Source: Neocallimastix sp. 'constans'
Lineage: Eukaryota
Reading direction: 5' to 3'
Assembly: GCA_050613775.1 (NCBI GenBank)
Contig: JBODTK010000001.1
Span: 620,001-684,000, forward strand
Length of the DNA stretch: 64,000 nt
Shown here: positions 58,585-64,000 of the stretch, one piece after another
How positions within the stretch are numbered: the stretch's first letter is position 1
Layout of the letters: every line of letters begins with the position of its first letter
Position numbers and translations under genes: made by a program
The notes under the pieces: model-generated
What the model was told of the DNA's origin: nothing
Seen by the model: the letters and a program-made list of their open reading frames with translations, nothing else
The model's database searches: none

Positions 58585-61500
58585 TTGATAATTGTATTGT
58601 TCTTTACTTTCAAAAAAAAAAATTAATGTAATAGAATCTTCGAATTAATGGTGTTGTTGTGTGCTTTTGTTATTATCAATTGGCAAAGTGGTAGGAAACT
58701 TTTTCTGAGTTGACCGTAAGACGACTTTGATATAACTCAAATAAAATTTAAAAATAAAAATATTATTTGTAAACAATTAAAAAAAATAAAATATGATTTA
58801 TTAGAACAAAAAAAATTTATGAAATAATATACATATAAAAAGAGCATTTCCTGGAATTTTCCATATCCAGTACTAAAAAGTAGGTATGTAGTGTGCTTGA
58901 ATTACCACAGCTTGCCTATTACGGTGTCATGTAGTAATCAAACCAGACGTTTCTGCTTTCAAATAAACAGAACGACCAAGAGCTCAAGAATGACCTTTCA
59001 ATTCTTGAGATAAATTAATCCGGAAACTACCTACTGTTGGAATTTTAGTACTAGGTATGCTTCTAAACCGTACTAAATCCCTTTTTATATGTTTCCAATA
59101 AATTTTATTTTATTAAAGCTTCACTGGTAATTGCTTACCTATCACTTTAATATTAAAAAAATTAACAAAAAAAAAATATTGTTTTATTAGAAATATTACT
59201 ATCCTATTATTGTTTACTCTATATTTACAATTATTAACTTCCCCGATATCTCCACCACTTTTTATGTTGAGGTTCGGAACAAAATAATAATAAATATAGA
59301 AATAAACACTAAAATAAAAAAAATTAAAAATTAAAATATATATTTTTTTTAAAATATTTTATTTATTTATCTAATAAAAATTATTCAATTAAAACTAAAG
59401 ATAATTTAATTTCTTGAATAAGATTATATTTTTCAAGATTATTTTTTTTTAAATACAATTTTCTCATCTATTTATATTTATTTTTATCATTAGAAATGGT
59501 CAAGCCATTTCTTTAGAATATTTTAGAGTTACATGTTTGAATTGTATTTAAATTATAAATTCATAATCTATTCTATTATAATAAATAATTATTATATATT
59601 ATTAAATTCTAAACTATTTATTATTAATTGTAGTGATAATATATTTTAAAAATAATTTATTACTTTTACAAAACTATTAGTAATAGAGTATTATTTAATT
59701 TTATACTATTTTTAAATAAAAGTATTTTAGATTATTATCTATTATTAATCTTATTATAAATAGGGTGTATTTTGGAAGGAAGTATTACTAATTTTAATGA
59801 CAAGGATCACGGATTTAAATAAAATATTTTTAAATCATTATTAATTATATTAATTTTTATTAATAATAAATAATCTGTATTTGTAATATTTGTAAAATAA
59901 AATTTTCTTTAATAATAAAATATTGATAGAATAAATCATATTAATAAAACTAGATATTGATAATAATATTGATATTAATAATATAGTATTAATTTTAATA
60001 ATAAAGTATTGATATTAATAAAGAATTTATATTAATAATAATAAATTTAATATTAGTAATAATTTGGCAGTAATAGAACATAAGAAAGTTCTCCAAGTAA
60101 GGAAATAAATAATTTAATTTTAGTGGTTAAGTTATTTGTAAAAGTTTTTGAGGTAGTAGGTAAGATTCTTGCTATATCTTTCTTAGTTTGGGTTAAATTG
60201 GTCAGGTCAAGATGTTTTTATTAATTATAACAATTTATTAAATTTAAATAATAAATAACACACACAAAGTTTTATAATTATGATTTCAATATTTAAGATT
60301 TATGTTTTATTAGAACTTTATTTAATATATATTTTAATAATAAATTTTAACTAAGATTAATACAAAAAATTATTTATTGTTATAATTAATTTATTAACTT
60401 TATGTTAATAGTTTAAAGTAAATTAATAGTTAAAGGTTAAAGGTTAATAATCTTACAAAGAATTCAAAATATGGAATTTCAAATCCTTTTTATACTAAAC
60501 TAAAATAATAATTAACAATATAATTAAATAATACATTTTAATCTTAATATATTCATACATGTATATAAACTATATAAAATATAATAATAAAATAATATTG
60601 ATAAGAATCTTTTAATAAAATAACTATATAATTATTCATAAAACAATTTAATAATAAAACTAATATAATAATCAAATATAAAATAAAATAAAATAAAATA
60701 TTAAAACTAATTAAAAATTCTCATTCGGAAATCTTTAGAATAATAAAGAATTTCTTAGAATCTTTTAGAAAATAATTGAATAAAAATATATAATAATAAA
60801 ATATATAAAACTTATAAACTTATTTAATATATGATAAAACTATTACTAATAACTAATTCTGTATTTTTAATTAATAATACAAATTAATAATATAATTTCC
60901 AAGTTAAGAGATTTATCTAATATAAATTTCTTAATTAATAATTTAGGGTCTTAATTAAATAATTAAATTATATTTATATATTTAAATATCTTTAAAGTCC
61001 AATATCTCGTTATCTAGTGGTCCAATAAGGTTGATTTTAACAAATGTTGTAGTTCTCGTCTGTAGCTTTCCATTGGATATAATTTTAGCGGGAATATCAA
61101 TATAATATTTCCATTATTTGTTGAGTTATCGTTGTTTTTCTTCATGTTATTTTTATCAAATTCTTAATGGTTAAATTAAATTAAATTATCTTTAATAAAT
61201 AAGTCCAAACCCTTTGGTTTCTAATTCTTTAATGTTTCTAATATTTATTTTTATAATTAAAATCGAATAAAAATAATTTTTGTCAATAACTAAATTAAAT
61301 TTCAATTGATCTAATAGTGAATTTTAACTTCAAATCCACTAGTATTCGTGACATTATTTTTATGAAAAATAATAAAATTAACATTATTTATTCATTCGTT
61401 AACAAAAATGTTATGGTTCGGGTTTTATTAGAATTTTTATTTAATTATTTATTTTTAATATTTTTCTGTCTACATTTTAATTATTGAAAAACTTCACTTA

Positions 61501-62409
61501 TTTATACTTTTTGAAAAAAAATAAATATGTAAAGCCTTTCTACATTTTATTATCATATTTAAAAAAAAATATTTACTATTACTAATTACTTAAAATTTTA
61601 TATTAATTTAAATTAACTAATTCATAAGTATTTTTATTTTAATAAATTTTGTTTACATAATTTTATATTATTTTTCATATACTAAAACTAAATTATTTAA
61701 TATATACGAAAAGTAACAAACAAAATTTAAAAAGATTTTACAGAAAAATAAAGTTATTTTAATCAAGAATGTTAATATAATATTCTTATATTTTATATAA
61801 AATAAATTTAAAAACTATAAATATATTTAATATTTATTATTAATCAATTAAGATTTGATTTTATTTGTGGGGAATAAAAATATTAAATAATCAATTTAAA
61901 AATAAAATAAAATACTAAAAAGAATACAAGTTTAATATTGATACAATATAATAATAATATAATAATATATTTGAAAATAAAAATAAAATATTAATATTGA
62001 TAATAAACACTTTAATAAAATAATAAAATTTAAGGTTAAATTATAGATATTGATATTAATAATAATAAAAATATAGAATTATTGATAATATTTTAGAAAC
62101 TTTTAATAAAAATATAAAAAAAAATATATTTAGAAAATATTTTAGTATAGAAAATATAGTAAAGTAATATTAAGTAAAGAATAATATAATGGATTCTAAA
62201 GTATGTTAAAATTAAGATATAAAATAGTTTTATGATTAATAACGTTACTAGGTTAATATGTTGAATTATATATTAATAATCTAACAATAATTAATTAATA
62301 ATAATATAAAAATAATATAAGATAAATAGTTAAGTTATTTAAACACTTAATATCTAAGAATATTTTAAATAATAATTTCTTTGAAGGATTTATGAAAATA
62401 TTTATTTAT

Positions 62410-62892
62410 TGAATTATTAGTATATAATTATTATAAATACAATAACCTTACAAAGAACATAAAAGATAGATTTTTACATCTTTCTTTTATACTTTGTAAG
62501 TTACATAATAATAGTATTTAATTATAAGATAATAATAATATAGTAAAATGAATATTAATAAAATATTAAAATAATAACAATATCGATATGTTTAAAATAT
62601 TTAATATAATTAAATAAATTTAATTTGTATAATTAATTTGAATAATTAAAAATAGTAATTAATATATATGATATAAACATATATATAAACATAATATAAA
62701 TAAATACATGTGACGTCATATGTAAATAATTGAAATTATTAATATAAATCTTATTTATTAATATTTTCAGAATTATTAGGCCAAAGATAATTCTTTAAAT
62801 ATTAAATAAGAATTTATATTAATTATTAATTAAATGTATATTGAAATGTGAATAACTGAAATTGAGATTTCAATTCAGTTATAATTTCAACA
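62410..62892. repeat. Family D LTR, inverted relative to 25007-25719; left end unresolved
   Basis: Reverse complement blocks, e.g. AACTGAAATTGAGATTTCAATTCAGTTATAATTTCAACA. Confidence 0.8.
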
Positions 62893-62985
62893 AAGTAAGT
62901 TGAAATTCTAATTAATAATCCATTATATGTTCGTTCTTTACCAAAAACTGATACAATATAAGTAATAAAGTATCAAATTTCTATT

Positions 62986-64000
62986 TGTAACGAGGTCGAG
63001 CAAATAGGGAATTTGTAAAATAATATATTCCAACTCAAAGATAATAAATAATAATTTACACAAATAATAAAATTTATTTATTTCTTTTTAAATCTTGTTT
63101 TTATTTATTTATTTATTTTACATAAATTATTACAATTATATTTATATTCCTCTGAATATAATGATTTTTATCTATCTCTAATAATTCAATTTATATTAAT
63201 ATCTTAATAATAATTTTACTTATAATTGTAGGATTCAACTCTTATCCTTTAACTATAAGTAATTACTTAATTATTTAAACTAAACTATAAGTTCTCTAAA
63301 ACTATTATTTTACTCAATTAGAATTTCTAAAACAACAAGAAAACTCTCTCTTTAACTTTTATTTCATTCTCTTCTTTTAAATTTATTAATTAATTTTATC
63401 TTGAATATTATTGGCTGTCTAATTAATTTTAATCTATTTATATAATGATTTAGTATATTATATTGTAATTATTTTTCACTATATTATTATAGGATTTTCT
63501 CTTTTGTTAATTTTCTTGCGTATTTCTAGCTGTATTGTATCAAAACGCCCCCACTTAGTCTTGACTTCGTCCCTTGAAGTCTATTACTTGGGTATTTAGA
63601 TACAATTTATATAATATTTTTTTTTTTTATTAAATTTATAATGATTTATAAGATATATAATAAAATTTTTTTTTTTTTTTTTCTTTTTAATTAAATTTTT
63701 TTTTATAATAAATTTATAATGATTTACAAAATATAAATTTTTTTTTTTTTTTCTTTTTTTTTTTTTATTTTTTTTTTATTTTTTTATTAATTAATTAATA
63801 ATGATTTATAAAATATATATATATATACGTTATATATTTTATTCTTCATCATCTTCTATATTTATTTCCGTGAAGTATGGAATAATGTTCTTCAAATGGA
63901 TGTTTCTATCAGCAACTTCTCCTGTAATTGGGTCACAAACGGATACAGTGTTTAATTCTTGTTTTATAATCTTCAAAGGACCTGTAAAGAATGGGTCGAG
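62986..64000 (-). mobile_element. 3' end of another family A-like gypsy: integrase C-terminus 63839-64000, probable LTR 62986-63542
   Basis: LDPFFTGPLKIIKQELNTV...DRNIHLKNIIPY resembles the A2 integrase end; GGGGGCGTTT|TGAT junction resembles A2. Confidence 0.8.

Larger units (their letters stand above)
55883..59264 (-). mobile_element. Truncated family A relative, element C; its LTR starts at 59265, end not resolved
   Basis: tRNA-Ala PBS 59240-59257; gag; frameshift signal; protease region 55883-57019 (ALIDSCS) with a frameshift in the T-run near 57024-57030. Confidence 0.92.

Noticed and set aside
60990..61150. Slightly GC-richer island with a ~40-aa minus-strand ORF
   Set aside because: No recognisable motif; too short to call

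Overview
Extremely AT-rich eukaryotic DNA with no recognisable host protein gene; composition suggests an anaerobic gut fungus (Neocallimastigomycota), which is inference only. The window is a nest of retrotransposons around two tRNA genes (Ser-GCT 5708-5789, Glu-CTC 40642-40713). It holds (i) a tRNA-Ala-primed Ty3/gypsy lineage 'A': two near-identical young copies plus diverged relatives; (ii) a Tf1-like gypsy lineage 'B'; (iii) two Ty1/copia elements; (iv) two LINE remnants; and (v) many solo LTRs with clean target-site duplications (TSDs). Main signal: both family A copies and the full-length family B copy sit 14-16 bp upstream of a tRNA gene, all pointing away from it. LINE remnants with a kink-turn hairpin lie downstream of both tRNAs. 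Other signals: a conserved -1 frameshift pseudoknot, self-priming in family B, a copia PBS matching the anticodon arm of tRNA-Lys(CUU), long LTR-PBS spacers with a non-canonical PPT, tandem hairpin arrays in several leaders, and an unidentified ~160-235 nt structured RNA shared by three divergent gypsy leaders. All coordinates were read by eye.
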